Positions 1 through 8,779 of a stretch of DNA of 43,946 nt are shown here, piece by piece (within the stretch, counting starts at the first letter, position 1; every line of letters starts with the position of its first letter). This DNA is from a virus. Lineage: Duplodnaviria > Caudoviricetes. The stretch lies in the IMG/VR virus record IMGVR_UViG_3300005263_000077, positions 1 through 43,946 of that record. One strand, given 5' to 3'. The notes beneath the pieces were generated by a model. The model searched no databases, had not been told where the DNA came from, and saw only the letters and a program-made list of their open reading frames with translations. Position numbers and translations under genes: made by a program.

Positions 1-456
1 CTACTGACAGTTTGGGTCGAATTTTTCGCTCAATAACCCGGTCAGCTTTACCTTATAGCAGTCGATGAGGTCTTGCAGTTCCGCGCCTGAAAGGTCCTTT
101 CCACCCCCGGTTGCGATGCTGTAGTAGTGGTCGAGCCCCTTCAGCCCATAGCGCCTAATCATCTCAACTGTGTAGAGGATCAAGGCTCCATGCTGGTACT
201 TGTTGCAGCGGATACACTGTCCATTGATATTCCATTCAGAGAATCGTACCGCCGGATATGTCCCGGCAGGGAAGAAATGTCCGGCAGTCGATTCTTTGAA
301 AGGAAGCCTCTCACCACAGGTCACGCACTTTACCCACCACTGGCCATCCTCATAGTACGCATCCCGAAGGCGGATATACTTATGGAGGATTACCCTTAAC
401 TTTCGCTTGAGCGCCGCTTTTGTCTCAGGCTTCTTCTTTGCTACAGCCTTAGCCAT
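1..456 (-). CDS. ninG: NinG/Rap-family recombination endonuclease
   Basis: YIRLRD, CVTCG, AGHF, RFxEWNINGQCIRCN motifs typical of lambda NinG family. Confidence 0.85.
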   Translation of the reverse strand: MAKAVAKKKPETKAALKRKLRVILHKYIRLRDAYYEDGQWWVKCVTCGERLPFKESTAGHFFPAGTYPAVRFSEWNINGQCIRCNKYQHGALILYTVEMIRRYGLKGLDHYYSIATGGGKDLSGAELQDLIDCYKVKLTGLLSEKFDPNCQ

Positions 457-1312
457 GAGCGCTCACAACCTTCGATCGATCCGATACCTTCCTCTTTATC
501 ATCTCCATGAGGCTATCCGGGTTGATATGGATGAACTGCTTTTCATACTCCTTCTTGTGCGCTTCGACTCTCGCCCTATTCCCAATATCGCTCAAGGCAA
601 ATCCGCACTCGAAACAGGACGTCGCCGTTCCGAGGGGGATTACCGCGTCGCATACCGGGCAATGAGAGACTTTCGGCTTTTCTGCGACGACCAAGGATTT
701 CCGATCAGGCTTTACATGTTCCAGCCATCGTTGGCTTGGGCCTAAGAAGGTTGCGGGCATGAGGGTGTACTGCATATCTTCCCCCTCTCTAGCCTTAGCG
801 TAATTTCTGGCAGCAGCCATCATGTCAGCAGTCGAGCAACCATTCTTCACGTTGATCATGTATTGCTCATATGCTTTGACTTTCCCCTCCCTGCGGGGAT
901 ACGCAGCCCAAAACTCTTCGAAGTCTCGCGGGTACTCTTTTTCACCTCCTCGCTTCACTGTATCTGCGATTCGCTCTTGCGGTTTTCGCCTCTTCATCGG
1001 CATTGCCGCCAAGGAATTCCCTATTCGTTTATTAAGCTCCTCGCACCAAAATCCTTCGCCGTCCTCCTGGAAAAGGTTTGCCTCCACCGCCGAAGCGATG
1101 AAGGCTTTCACCTTTTCAGGAGTTGAAAAACACTGATGTGCGATCCCTTTGAGCTGAGAGTAGGAAAGGCGATGGTCAGGAGCATCCCCAAGCATTTCAA
1201 AAAGGAGCCACATGAAGCCGTAATACTCAGGGCCGCCATCGAGAAGCGGCCCCTGGAACTCAAGAGAGGTCCGATCATTGAGGTAATGCGCTATGAATAT
1301 GCCGCTTCCCAT
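449..1312 (-). CDS. Phage replication initiator (N-terminal DUF4373/Lin1244-like region, C-terminal FEEFWAAYPR domain, Zn ribbon)
   Basis: YGFMWLLFEML N-terminus; FEEFWAAYPRREGK...A and PATFL motifs; CPVC...CFEC. Confidence 0.7.
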   Translation of the reverse strand: MGSGIFIAHYLNDRTSLEFQGPLLDGGPEYYGFMWLLFEMLGDAPDHRLSYSQLKGIAHQCFSTPEKVKAFIASAVEANLFQEDGEGFWCEELNKRIGNSLAAMPMKRRKPQERIADTVKRGGEKEYPRDFEEFWAAYPRREGKVKAYEQYMINVKNGCSTADMMAAARNYAKAREGEDMQYTLMPATFLGPSQRWLEHVKPDRKSLVVAEKPKVSHCPVCDAVIPLGTATSCFECGFALSDIGNRARVEAHKKEYEKQFIHINPDSLMEMIKRKVSDRSKVVSAHG

Positions 1313-1331
1313 CGTTTCATCCTCCTTGCGG

Positions 1332-1823
1332 TCAGCTCACCTTCAGGTATTCGTTCGGGACTAGGGCGGCACCGGGGATTTCACCACCGCCTGAGAGGAC
1401 TTCGAATATTCTGCCCTTGTCCGGGCTCAAGACTTCTTTTCTCACAATGTAGTCGCCGGGAATGATCGCTTCATTGGAGATAAGGACCGAGGGCTTTGAA
1501 TTAACCCGCATGAGTTTGAAGATTCCCGCCTGGCAGACTTTCGTCTCGGTCATCTGCATATTCCGGCGAAGGTACTCTTTTAGCCATTCGACTTTCTTCT
1601 CCTTCGCTTTCCTCGCCTTATAAAGCCGTTCCTCCTCCTGCTTGTATGTCGTCACCTCCCCTTCTGTCATCTTCACGATCTTCATAACGCCCTCGGCCTT
1701 ATCCTCGAAGCGGGCTTTCACTTCCTCCAAAAGCTGCACCATCGCCTCGGCGTCGTCGGCGCTTTCAATGTCCATATCGAGCACTTCCTGGAAGTCGTTC
1801 GTGATTTCATAGAGTTTCGCCAT
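1332..1823 (-). CDS. Siphovirus Gp157-family protein
   Basis: MAKLYEITND start with GGAGG RBS; coiled coil then DKGRIFEVLSGGGEIPGAAL C-terminus. Confidence 0.85.
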   Translation of the reverse strand: MAKLYEITNDFQEVLDMDIESADDAEAMVQLLEEVKARFEDKAEGVMKIVKMTEGEVTTYKQEEERLYKARKAKEKKVEWLKEYLRRNMQMTETKVCQAGIFKLMRVNSKPSVLISNEAIIPGDYIVRKEVLSPDKGRIFEVLSGGGEIPGAALVPNEYLKVS

Positions 1824-2026
1824 TATTTGTCCTCCTTCAGGTCTACCTTGCATGATTCAAAGAACTGCGTGACATCCTCAGGGGTAAGCACTACCCGGCG
1901 TCCAATCTTGTGATGCGGAAGCTTCCCTTCACGCTTTTTTCTGTTGATCGTTGATACCGACACCCCAGCCTTCTTTGCGAGTTCTTTAATACTCATGAGC
2001 TTTGTTTCCATCCGATGCCTCGCCAC
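1823..2026 (-). CDS. Excisionase-like HTH (HTH_17) DNA-binding protein
   Basis: LMSIKELAKKAGVSVSTINR...GKLPHHKIGRRV pattern. Confidence 0.8.
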   Translation of the reverse strand: MARHRMETKLMSIKELAKKAGVSVSTINRKKREGKLPHHKIGRRVVLTPEDVTQFFESCKVDLKEDK

Positions 2027-2037
2027 CCTCTTTAATA

Positions 2038-2072
2038 GAAGAAATAGGCGCTCCTATTGCAGAAGCGCCTTT
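2038..2072 (-). terminator. Intrinsic terminator/attenuator after ssb
   Basis: Minus-strand hairpin GGCGCUUCU-GCAAU-AGGAGCGCC followed by U-rich UAUUUCUUC. Confidence 0.55.
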
Positions 2073-2086
2073 TACATTCATGATCC

Positions 2087-2590
2087 TCAAAATGGGATAT
2101 CATCATCGAAGCCATCCGAAAGCGGTTTCTGGGGGTTAGGGCTTACCGTCACCCCAATACCGCTTTGCGCCCTTGCTTCCCTGGAACCGAATACCGCCGC
2201 GACTTGCGCATCTACCGTGCTCCGATAGCCGGGAGGTACCGAATCCGCGCCGTAAGTCTCGCCCTCTTCCTGCTTTCTCGAATCCAGAAGGCTCACATCA
2301 GCGACATCGAGCTTGAATCGGGTTTTCTTCTGCCCATCCGTTCCTATCCATGACTCCTGTTTTAGGGTGCCATGGAAGCCGACCTTGCAGCCCTTCTTGA
2401 GATACATGGACAGCTTAGGCCCCCGGTCCCCCCAGAGCTGGCAATCCATGAAAAGTGCGGGATCTTCCTTATTCCAGGAGGGATTCGAGGCCACCGTAAA
2501 CTGCGTTACCGCCTTCCCGGTGGGAGTCGTTTTCACCTCCGCATCCCTCGTGAGCCGCCCTATGCCGATGAAAAGGCTCATATCTGCCAT
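2087..2590 (-). CDS. ssb: Single-stranded DNA-binding protein
   Basis: IGRLTRDAEV OB-fold start; acidic DDDIPF C-terminal tail. Confidence 0.95.
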   Translation of the reverse strand: MADMSLFIGIGRLTRDAEVKTTPTGKAVTQFTVASNPSWNKEDPALFMDCQLWGDRGPKLSMYLKKGCKVGFHGTLKQESWIGTDGQKKTRFKLDVADVSLLDSRKQEEGETYGADSVPPGYRSTVDAQVAAVFGSREARAQSGIGVTVSPNPQKPLSDGFDDDIPF

Positions 2591-3499
2591 TTACGCCACC
2601 TCTTCGGTAGTGTTGCATGTTACAGAAGTATTGTTAGGTATAGCATTAAGGATTTTCATGTAGAGCCTGGAAAACCACTCAGGCGCATGATCCTTGCGAA
2701 TCTCGGCTTCCGCGAAGTCTTTGATGTTCTTCTCAAGGACATCGCCATACTTCTCAAGGGTCGCTTTTATCTCGATCACCTCAGGCATCGCTTCAAGCTT
2801 CTTCTGCAACATGATCGTTTCATCGAGCCCGGTATTGAGCCAGGCAACAAGCTCTTTCCCGAACTCCATGCCGGGCTTCGTAAGCAGTTTGTCCTGGAAC
2901 ATTCCTGTACGGTCCTTAATGACGTTCGCGATGTGCTCGGTCGAAAGCTCAAGGAGCATATCGAACTCGTACTCGATGCCCTTTCCCTGCTCGGGAGCCA
3001 GGCCGACACGGACAGGCCGGGACTTGCCGCGATCATCCTGAGTAGTCTGCCACTCGGTCTTGCTGCGCATCGTGGCCATGATATGGCAGGGGCAGGAGAG
3101 AATGGCGTTCACCAAGGCTCGTTGTTTCGGCGTCCCTTCAGACCAGGCCGACCAGGTATTCCCCCTATACTTGGCATTCGCAAGCTTCTCGACCTCCTCC
3201 AAAAGGTCCTGCCATGCGTGAGTCAGGGAATCGATGATGAGAACGGAGTATCCGGCTTCCCCCGCTTCCTGGATGAACTGCACGTACTCTTCTATCGATT
3301 TCTTCTCCAAATCCACGACATCGAACTCGAACTTGTCAGCGTACTTCGATGCCGATCCTCGTTCCGAGTCGATGACAGCTACCTTCCCGCCGATGCCCTT
3401 AGCAATCGAAAGCGCTGAGTAAGTCTTTCCTGCCCCGGAAGGACCAAAGAGCGCACAGCGAAGCTTTGATTTGGACTTTACCGCTTTTTGAAAACCCAT
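2591..3499 (-). CDS. AAA_24 / Sak4-like ATPase (ssDNA annealing recombinase)
   Basis: Walker A GPSGAGKT, IDSERGS, Walker B LIIDSLTHAW, EYEFD; next to ssb and Gp157. Confidence 0.85.
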   Translation of the reverse strand: MGFQKAVKSKSKLRCALFGPSGAGKTYSALSIAKGIGGKVAVIDSERGSASKYADKFEFDVVDLEKKSIEEYVQFIQEAGEAGYSVLIIDSLTHAWQDLLEEVEKLANAKYRGNTWSAWSEGTPKQRALVNAILSCPCHIMATMRSKTEWQTTQDDRGKSRPVRVGLAPEQGKGIEYEFDMLLELSTEHIANVIKDRTGMFQDKLLTKPGMEFGKELVAWLNTGLDETIMLQKKLEAMPEVIEIKATLEKYGDVLEKNIKDFAEAEIRKDHAPEWFSRLYMKILNAIPNNTSVTCNTTEEVA

Positions 3500-3515
3500 C
3501 TATACCTCCCCAGAA

Positions 3516-3773
3516 TTACGCCGCAACATCGAGCTTGCGGTATCGTTTTGCGAGCGCTGAATCATCCATTGTGATCCATTCCCGCACTGTCTCAGGCCGC
3601 CATGCCCTGCGGCCATTCAAGATTCCATCCTCCTTTCCCCCATTGGGCTGTTTCCAGGCATCCCGAGGCCTGGCGATCGAGTTGTACTTGACCCCTTTCA
3701 GGCGGCAAGCTTCTGGCAGATAGATCCACGCATCCGGCCATTCATTGGTCTTTACTCCTTCATTTTTCTTCAT
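3516..3773 (-). CDS. Small DNA-binding (Xis/AlpA-like) hypothetical protein
   Basis: WIYLPEACRLKG...RAWRPETVREWI resembles winged-helix Xis-like proteins; in the early operon. Confidence 0.5.
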   Translation of the reverse strand: MKKNEGVKTNEWPDAWIYLPEACRLKGVKYNSIARPRDAWKQPNGGKEDGILNGRRAWRPETVREWITMDDSALAKRYRKLDVAA

Positions 3774-3930
3774 AAGGAATTACCTTCAAGTTTCCATTCT
3801 CAAGATAAAGCGCCACTTTTACACCTTCCTCCTTTTCAATTGCTCTCATGAAGACTTCTGGTACCCTAAGGGTATATTTAGGCTTTCCGTTCACGCGCGA
3901 ACAAAGAATTTTTGCATCCGTCAGCCACAT
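3760..3930 (-). CDS. Small AbrB/MazE-like protein in the cro position
   Basis: YTLRVPEVFMRAIEKEEGVKVALYLENGNLKVIP swapped-hairpin pattern; ATG at 3930; divergent from repressor. Confidence 0.5.
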   Translation of the reverse strand: MWLTDAKILCSRVNGKPKYTLRVPEVFMRAIEKEEGVKVALYLENGNLKVIPYEEK

Positions 3931-4135
3931 GCTATTCACGTATGTATCTCCTCGACACACGTTTGTATAGTAAACATGAATCAAAGACAAGTGATTTTTT
4001 ATAGTTTTTGAAGCAAGGTGAAAATAATATATGAAAATTTTTATATTGTATTACCATATGGATTTATAATGTTTTAACCCATTAATGGCTCTATAATGGT
4101 TCTTGGTTGGCTCTATTTTAGCATTAATCTTGAAC

Positions 4136-4175
4136 TACTTATGTATTGACATCACATTACTTTTGTATGTATTGT
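4136..4175 (+). promoter_or_regulatory. Repressor promoter (TTGACA-N18-TATTGT) overlapping a repeated TACTTATGTATTG box
   Basis: TTGACA 4146-4151, TATTGT 4170-4175; the same 13-mer occurs at 8984-8996 and 11217-11229. Confidence 0.55.
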
Positions 4176-4211
4176 ATTTCAGCATCATTAAATGTATCTA
4201 AGGGGTATACT

Positions 4212-4577
4212 ATGGTAAAAGATGAAGCGCTAAACCCATACCTAAAGAACCTCGAAGTAGCACTTGAGCGTATCGGTAGAACGAAGAAATGGCTTTCTCT
4301 TGAGTGTGGCTTATCTGGCTCAGCAGTCGGGAACTTGTTCTTGAGGAATCAATACCCTTCTGTTAATACTGCAGCGATCATATCAACGGTCTTAGGCTAC
4401 CCCATCGAACAGATGTTGAAAGGCGATGTTAAGCACTATCAGCCTGCCGGAAAGTCAAAACGAGAGCTGATGACCAATAAGATTGTTGGAATTTGCCAGG
4501 AACTTGACGAGGATGAGCTGGAATCGATTCAGTCTATTATGAGAGGTATTGTTGACTTCCGACGTCTTGCGAAATAG
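4212..4577 (+). CDS. XRE-family HTH repressor (CI-like, no peptidase domain)
   Basis: KWLSLECGLSGSAVGNLF...PSVNTAAIISTVLGYPIEQML HTH; AGGGG RBS before ATG 4212; divergent from the early operon. Confidence 0.85.
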   Translation: MVKDEALNPYLKNLEVALERIGRTKKWLSLECGLSGSAVGNLFLRNQYPSVNTAAIISTVLGYPIEQMLKGDVKHYQPAGKSKRELMTNKIVGICQELDEDELESIQSIMRGIVDFRRLAK

Positions 4578-4627
4578 GATATGTATAGCAGTGTTAGGCT
4601 TGTCCAATACTCTGCCCCTGTTTTGCT

Positions 4628-4660
4628 GCCCTCCAGTGCGTCCAGCTGGAGGGCTTTTTT
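4628..4660 (+). terminator. Intrinsic terminator after repressor
   Basis: GCCCTCCAG-N9-CTGGAGGGC then T6. Confidence 0.8.
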
Positions 4661-4664
4661 ATGC

Positions 4665-7493
4665 TTAACTTTTCCGCTTTTTTCGCATCGGTTTTAGCGC
4701 ATCTGCAACCAGCCCAATAGTCATTTTCTCATACAAATCAAATAAATACTGAACTCTATCAAGCTCATTTGTAAAAGGTTCTTTTCGATAGCATTTATCT
4801 ACGGCAGCATCAAGTACCTTATGGGCCTTACGCAGGATCGCAGGCATTGTCAGTGGATCATAAAGAGTAGCTAATGAAGATCCAGAGAACTGTGCGCGTA
4901 TATTAAGAACGCTCTGTGCAGCTACCTCTACTGCTTCTTGATGTGCCTTCGTAAGTTCGGCAGGCCAAGGGTAATTATTATAGACTAATCCATTAGAGTA
5001 CCGGTAATCACTTTTTAGGCGCCCACATACTTGCCGCATCCAAGCCATATGCATATGTGATTGAAGTATTCCAAAATGATAATATGTTGCTCCAGGTATA
5101 ATAAGGTTTAGATTACTTGCTATTACATCTGGTTTCATAAAGCCTATAGGGATATAATCTCGCCTTTCAGATGAAACCGATGGAATCAACAAATATTCAG
5201 TTTCTTCGTGGCTAATGAATGCAAATAGGTATGGAATTTGTGCTAACTGTCTCGTTACTTCTCGTTTACTTGACAACCGGAACTGCCTTACTTCTTCAAG
5301 TCGCTTTCTTATAAAGCTTGATTTTAAAATTTTTTCAGGATCAGCATCGAGAAGCCATAAGCAATATCGTGTTTTATTATTAATAAACTCATCTGCTCCA
5401 ATATAAGGCCTAATATACTTGCTTATTGATGGCTCATCTTGTAATACCTTCTCACATTCTTCCTCAGATAAAATCAATCCTCCACCATCAATTGGTTGAT
5501 TCCCAAATTTAATCTGCGGCACTTTACATATTGGTGAATTTGCATTTCTTATAATAAGATTTCGTGAATCTACAAGATAAGGATTAATGTTTTTTGCTGA
5601 ACGAGCAATAGCCTCGCCTTTTATATCTGGATAATCATAAATAACCTTACTTTGTCTATCATAAATAGCGAATCCTATGATTACACAATATACAGCGGCA
5701 ACACCTCGCGCTTCATTCATCCATTTGAATGTTCTATGCGCAAAATTTATTCGAGAACCTTTTACGAGAAGATAACTCCACAGAATTCCAACCTGTTCAC
5801 CTTGTGTAATAGAATTTGTAGATACAAAGGCACATTCAATAGTTGTTCCTTGTATATAATCAATTGCTTTTACATACCATGCAGATACAAGATCAAGAAG
5901 CGCATAATTTTGAACATGCCCCATTGCGTATTCAACATCTGAGCGCTGATCCAGAGTCAGCATTTTTGAACCTACAAAAGGCGGATTTCCAATAATGTAA
6001 TTAAGCTTTTCAGGAGAGATTATCTCTTTCCAGTCAAGGCGTAAAGCATTTCCACATATTATATGTGGTGTAGAAGTCAATGGAAGATGGACAAAATATT
6101 CAACAAATTCTTCAGAAAGACGTACGTTCATCAAGTGGTCCATAATCCAAAGCGCCGTTCGGGCTATTTGCGCAGGGAATTCTTCTATTTCGATTCCATA
6201 CATATTTTCAACATCAATACCTCGATAACGATCAAGATCCAAATACTTCTGCTTTTCAAGCCGTTGAATTTCCTTATGTGCTTCAATTTCTAAAATTCTT
6301 AGTTCTCGATATGCGAGTATAAGGAAGTTGCCACATCCACATGCAGGATCGAGAATACGTGTAGTTCTAATCAGCTCAAGAAAAGAGTTCAATTTCCCAA
6401 CATTTCCACGAGCCTTTTTTAATATTTCTATATATTCATCAAGAAAAAGTCCATGAATTGTCTTCATGATGTTCTTTTCACTTGTGTAATGAGCCCCCAA
6501 ATTTCGCCGTGCTTCAGCATCCATGACTGATTGAAAAAGACTACCAAATATTGCTGGCGATACACGACTCCAATCAAAATGACAACATTTCATAAAAATT
6601 GCTGCCATTTCCTTATTAAAAGCTGGAAGCGGTAATATCTCTGCGAATAGTCCACCATTAACATATGGAAGTAAGGAGATTTCTGTATCGAGGGTCTTCA
6701 TCCTTCGCTCATAAGGAGTATTCAATATTTGGAATACCTGAGCGAGAAGCGGTCCTAAATCTCTTCCATCCTCATGCGTATGAGCCTCAAGAAGCCATGA
6801 AAATTGATCCCTTGGAAAAATACCAGTGTCATCAGCGAAGAAGCAGAACATTATGCGAACAAGGAAAAGCTCAAGCTCATGCCCTATATAGCCGGCATCT
6901 TTCAACTCATCATGCAAGGCTCCCATGAGTTCCGCCGCTTCTATGTTTACAGGGTCTTCTGTCTTATATAATTTTTGTTCATATCCAAGTATAAAATTGA
7001 ACCTATGAAGATTTTCATAAAGCGCTTCAAGAGGAAACTCTGTGTAAAGCGGAGTTTCACGGGCTTGATCAATTCTCATTTCAACAAAATCAAGTTGTGC
7101 TCCAGCTGCCCGATATGCAACTAAATCCATGATCCTAAATCGAGCAAAATCAGAAACAATTATAAACCTTGGAAGTTCATCTTCTTTTAAGCTACCAGAA
7201 ACACAATAATCAAGAGCTTGCGTTAATGCCTTGTCAAGGTTTTCTCCACGGCTTTTATGTTCAACAAGAAGAGTGCCAGGCCAAAAATAATCAATAAATC
7301 CAACAGTATCCCGCAAAGTTTTTGCTCTTGCTTCAAATGCTCCTATGCGTTTAGAGGAAAGTCCAAAAATTGCAAAAAAGTCATTCCAAAATATTTGTTT
7401 TTCACTATTCTCACTCGAATCGTTTGCATGTTCATGAGAAAACTCTATTGCACGATGTTTTAATTCATTAGGAGTAAACAATTTGTCCTCCAA
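4665..7493 (-). CDS. MmeI-family Type IIL restriction-modification enzyme (nuclease + N6-adenine MTase + TRD)
   Basis: EKQIFWNDFF / FIDYFWPGTLLVEHKS nuclease domain; GAHYTS, LDPACGCGNFL, GNPPF; CGRLKSDYRYS...YNNYPWP C-terminus; AT-rich. Confidence 0.92.
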   Translation of the reverse strand: MEDKLFTPNELKHRAIEFSHEHANDSSENSEKQIFWNDFFAIFGLSSKRIGAFEARAKTLRDTVGFIDYFWPGTLLVEHKSRGENLDKALTQALDYCVSGSLKEDELPRFIIVSDFARFRIMDLVAYRAAGAQLDFVEMRIDQARETPLYTEFPLEALYENLHRFNFILGYEQKLYKTEDPVNIEAAELMGALHDELKDAGYIGHELELFLVRIMFCFFADDTGIFPRDQFSWLLEAHTHEDGRDLGPLLAQVFQILNTPYERRMKTLDTEISLLPYVNGGLFAEILPLPAFNKEMAAIFMKCCHFDWSRVSPAIFGSLFQSVMDAEARRNLGAHYTSEKNIMKTIHGLFLDEYIEILKKARGNVGKLNSFLELIRTTRILDPACGCGNFLILAYRELRILEIEAHKEIQRLEKQKYLDLDRYRGIDVENMYGIEIEEFPAQIARTALWIMDHLMNVRLSEEFVEYFVHLPLTSTPHIICGNALRLDWKEIISPEKLNYIIGNPPFVGSKMLTLDQRSDVEYAMGHVQNYALLDLVSAWYVKAIDYIQGTTIECAFVSTNSITQGEQVGILWSYLLVKGSRINFAHRTFKWMNEARGVAAVYCVIIGFAIYDRQSKVIYDYPDIKGEAIARSAKNINPYLVDSRNLIIRNANSPICKVPQIKFGNQPIDGGGLILSEEECEKVLQDEPSISKYIRPYIGADEFINNKTRYCLWLLDADPEKILKSSFIRKRLEEVRQFRLSSKREVTRQLAQIPYLFAFISHEETEYLLIPSVSSERRDYIPIGFMKPDVIASNLNLIIPGATYYHFGILQSHMHMAWMRQVCGRLKSDYRYSNGLVYNNYPWPAELTKAHQEAVEVAAQSVLNIRAQFSGSSLATLYDPLTMPAILRKAHKVLDAAVDKCYRKEPFTNELDRVQYLFDLYEKMTIGLVADALKPMRKKRKS

Positions 7494-7629
7494 TAGTGTA
7501 TTTATATTAATCTTGTAATTGCGCTATTTAGAATTTAGTCTCCCTATACACGATCGCACTATTCAACAGACATCGCTTTTTGCTACGTAGACTTTAGCAT
7601 ACTGGTGTCAGACTCGCTAGTAAAAATGC

Positions 7630-8430
7630 CTATTTTGCATTTATACCGATATTATCGGTATAATCTAATATAGAAATTACTCTATCAATTGCATGAGATA
7701 GAGTAAATGCAACATGGGCTTTCCCATTATACTCTTTGATATACGCCTTCGTATGCTCCAAATGGCCTGGATAGCCCATAGTCTTGCAGAGCACCGAGCT
7801 AGTCAACTCTGCCACAATTTCACTAAAGGCGTAATCTTCGTTCTTCCCAGGTATCTCGTTGTCAATAGCATGCCCAAGCTCATGGAACCATGTTGTTACA
7901 TCATCGGTCCCTAATACAATTTCCTTAGAATCTGGCTTGAAGAATCCATAGGCATCAACGGTTAGCCCTGGGCATACCTTCACTCCCAAGTGGTCGGCAA
8001 CCGCCTTCAACGGCAGTTTATCAATTTCGAACCTCTTCCCTTCCATCCCTTCATACGGTAATGGCTCTCCTTCTGTCTGGTCAGATGCGAAAACTGGGCA
8101 GCATCGAAAGCCTACAAGCTTTGATTCCATCTCTTCGCCTTCCTCTTCAGTTGGTTTCTTTGCCATGACTGGTACAAGGATAAAAGCCGATTTCGCCCCC
8201 TTCTTCACCCTCCTCCCTACCTTGTTCCACTGATCAAACCCCCGGCAATCGAGGTTCATGGTTCGGGAAAGTACTGCCATCTTATTGAGCGACGACCATC
8301 TCATCGCCGGGACTTCAATGTTCATAGACTTATAGAACATGTTCTTCTCGACGAATTGAGCCAAGCCATCGCCTTCGATGTACTTCACCACACTATCCAG
8401 GGTGAGCCTGGCATTTTCAGTGAGTCCCAT
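7630..8430 (-). CDS. ArdC-like ssDNA-binding antirestriction protein with zincin (HELGH) domain
   Basis: WSSLNKM, RGFDQWNKVGRRVKKGAKSAFILVP, VFASDQTEG, HELGH, EIVAE. Confidence 0.8.
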   Translation of the reverse strand: MGLTENARLTLDSVVKYIEGDGLAQFVEKNMFYKSMNIEVPAMRWSSLNKMAVLSRTMNLDCRGFDQWNKVGRRVKKGAKSAFILVPVMAKKPTEEEGEEMESKLVGFRCCPVFASDQTEGEPLPYEGMEGKRFEIDKLPLKAVADHLGVKVCPGLTVDAYGFFKPDSKEIVLGTDDVTTWFHELGHAIDNEIPGKNEDYAFSEIVAELTSSVLCKTMGYPGHLEHTKAYIKEYNGKAHVAFTLSHAIDRVISILDYTDNIGINAK

Positions 8431-8468
8431 AGTATGTCTCCTTGAAGTGTTCTGATGTCAGAGGATAG

Positions 8469-8502
8469 AAAAGCCCGGCATGCCGCATGACATACCGGGC
8501 TT
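8469..8502 (-). terminator. Intrinsic terminator in the ardC leader
   Basis: Minus strand AAGCCCGGUAUGUC-AUGC-GGCAUGCCGGGCUUUU; G-U pairs form only on the minus strand. Confidence 0.75.
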
Positions 8503-8535
8503 GCACATCCTATTTGCACAGGAAGTAGCTATTTC

Positions 8536-8564
8536 TTGACGGTAGGCATCATCACTGCTAGTCT
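8536..8564 (+). promoter_or_regulatory. sigma70-like promoter for an antisense sRNA
   Basis: TTGACG-N17-TAGTCT with extended TGn; predicted start about 8570-8571, the first base of the structured RNA. Confidence 0.6.
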
Positions 8565-8570
8565 TATTAA

Positions 8571-8645
8571 GCCCGCTGATTCCTGAGGCGATTCCCCAGG
8601 CTCGAAGGAGCGAAAGCCTATCGACGTTGCTCCTGTCGGCGGGCC
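8571..8645 (+). ncRNA. Candidate ~75-nt three-way-junction antisense sRNA
   Basis: Closing stem GCCCGCUGA/UCGGCGGGC; hairpins CCUGAGG..CCCCAGG and GGAGCGA..UUGCUCC; promoter directly upstream. Confidence 0.55.
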
Positions 8646-8653
8646 CTTCATTA

Positions 8654-8779
8654 TCAATATCCAAACATTCTTAGTCCGAGCGTCCCCAAAGAAACCCCGG
8701 CTCCAACCGTAAGTCCCAGATAGAGTCCCATCCAGAAACGGTTATCTTTGCTTGCCCAGGTTAATCTCTTGCCAAGCAC
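8654..8779 (-). CDS. 41-aa single-pass membrane peptide (not in ORF track)
   Basis: AGGAGG-N6-GTG; MLGKRLTWASKDNRFWMGLYLGLTVGAGVSLGTLGLRMFGY. Confidence 0.6.
   Translation of the reverse strand: MLGKRLTWASKDNRFWMGLYLGLTVGAGVSLGTLGLRMFGY

Noticed and set aside
2372-3418. 348-aa plus-strand ORF and other long shadow ORFs (e.g. 42925-43488, 39532-39975)
   Set aside because: Antisense to well-supported genes, with no RBS or motifs; expected from codon bias.
8525-8565. Fluoride riboswitch or hammerhead (minus-strand UGAUGAUGCCUAC ... GAAA)
   Set aside because: Lacks the 5' GGNGAUG..UUCNCC element and pseudoknot partner; GUGAUGA rather than CUGAUGA and no stem II. The sequence is better explained as the plus-strand promoter.
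8611-8621. 11-nt identity (CGAAAGCCTAT) between the sRNA and 13905-13915, implying sRNA pairing with the large RNA
   Set aside because: Short enough to be chance, and the target lies within a hairpin arm of the large RNA.
8458-8664. 68-aa minus-strand ORF from the ORF track
   Set aside because: Runs through the sRNA, promoter and terminator structures, lacks an RBS and overlaps a better-supported peptide ORF.
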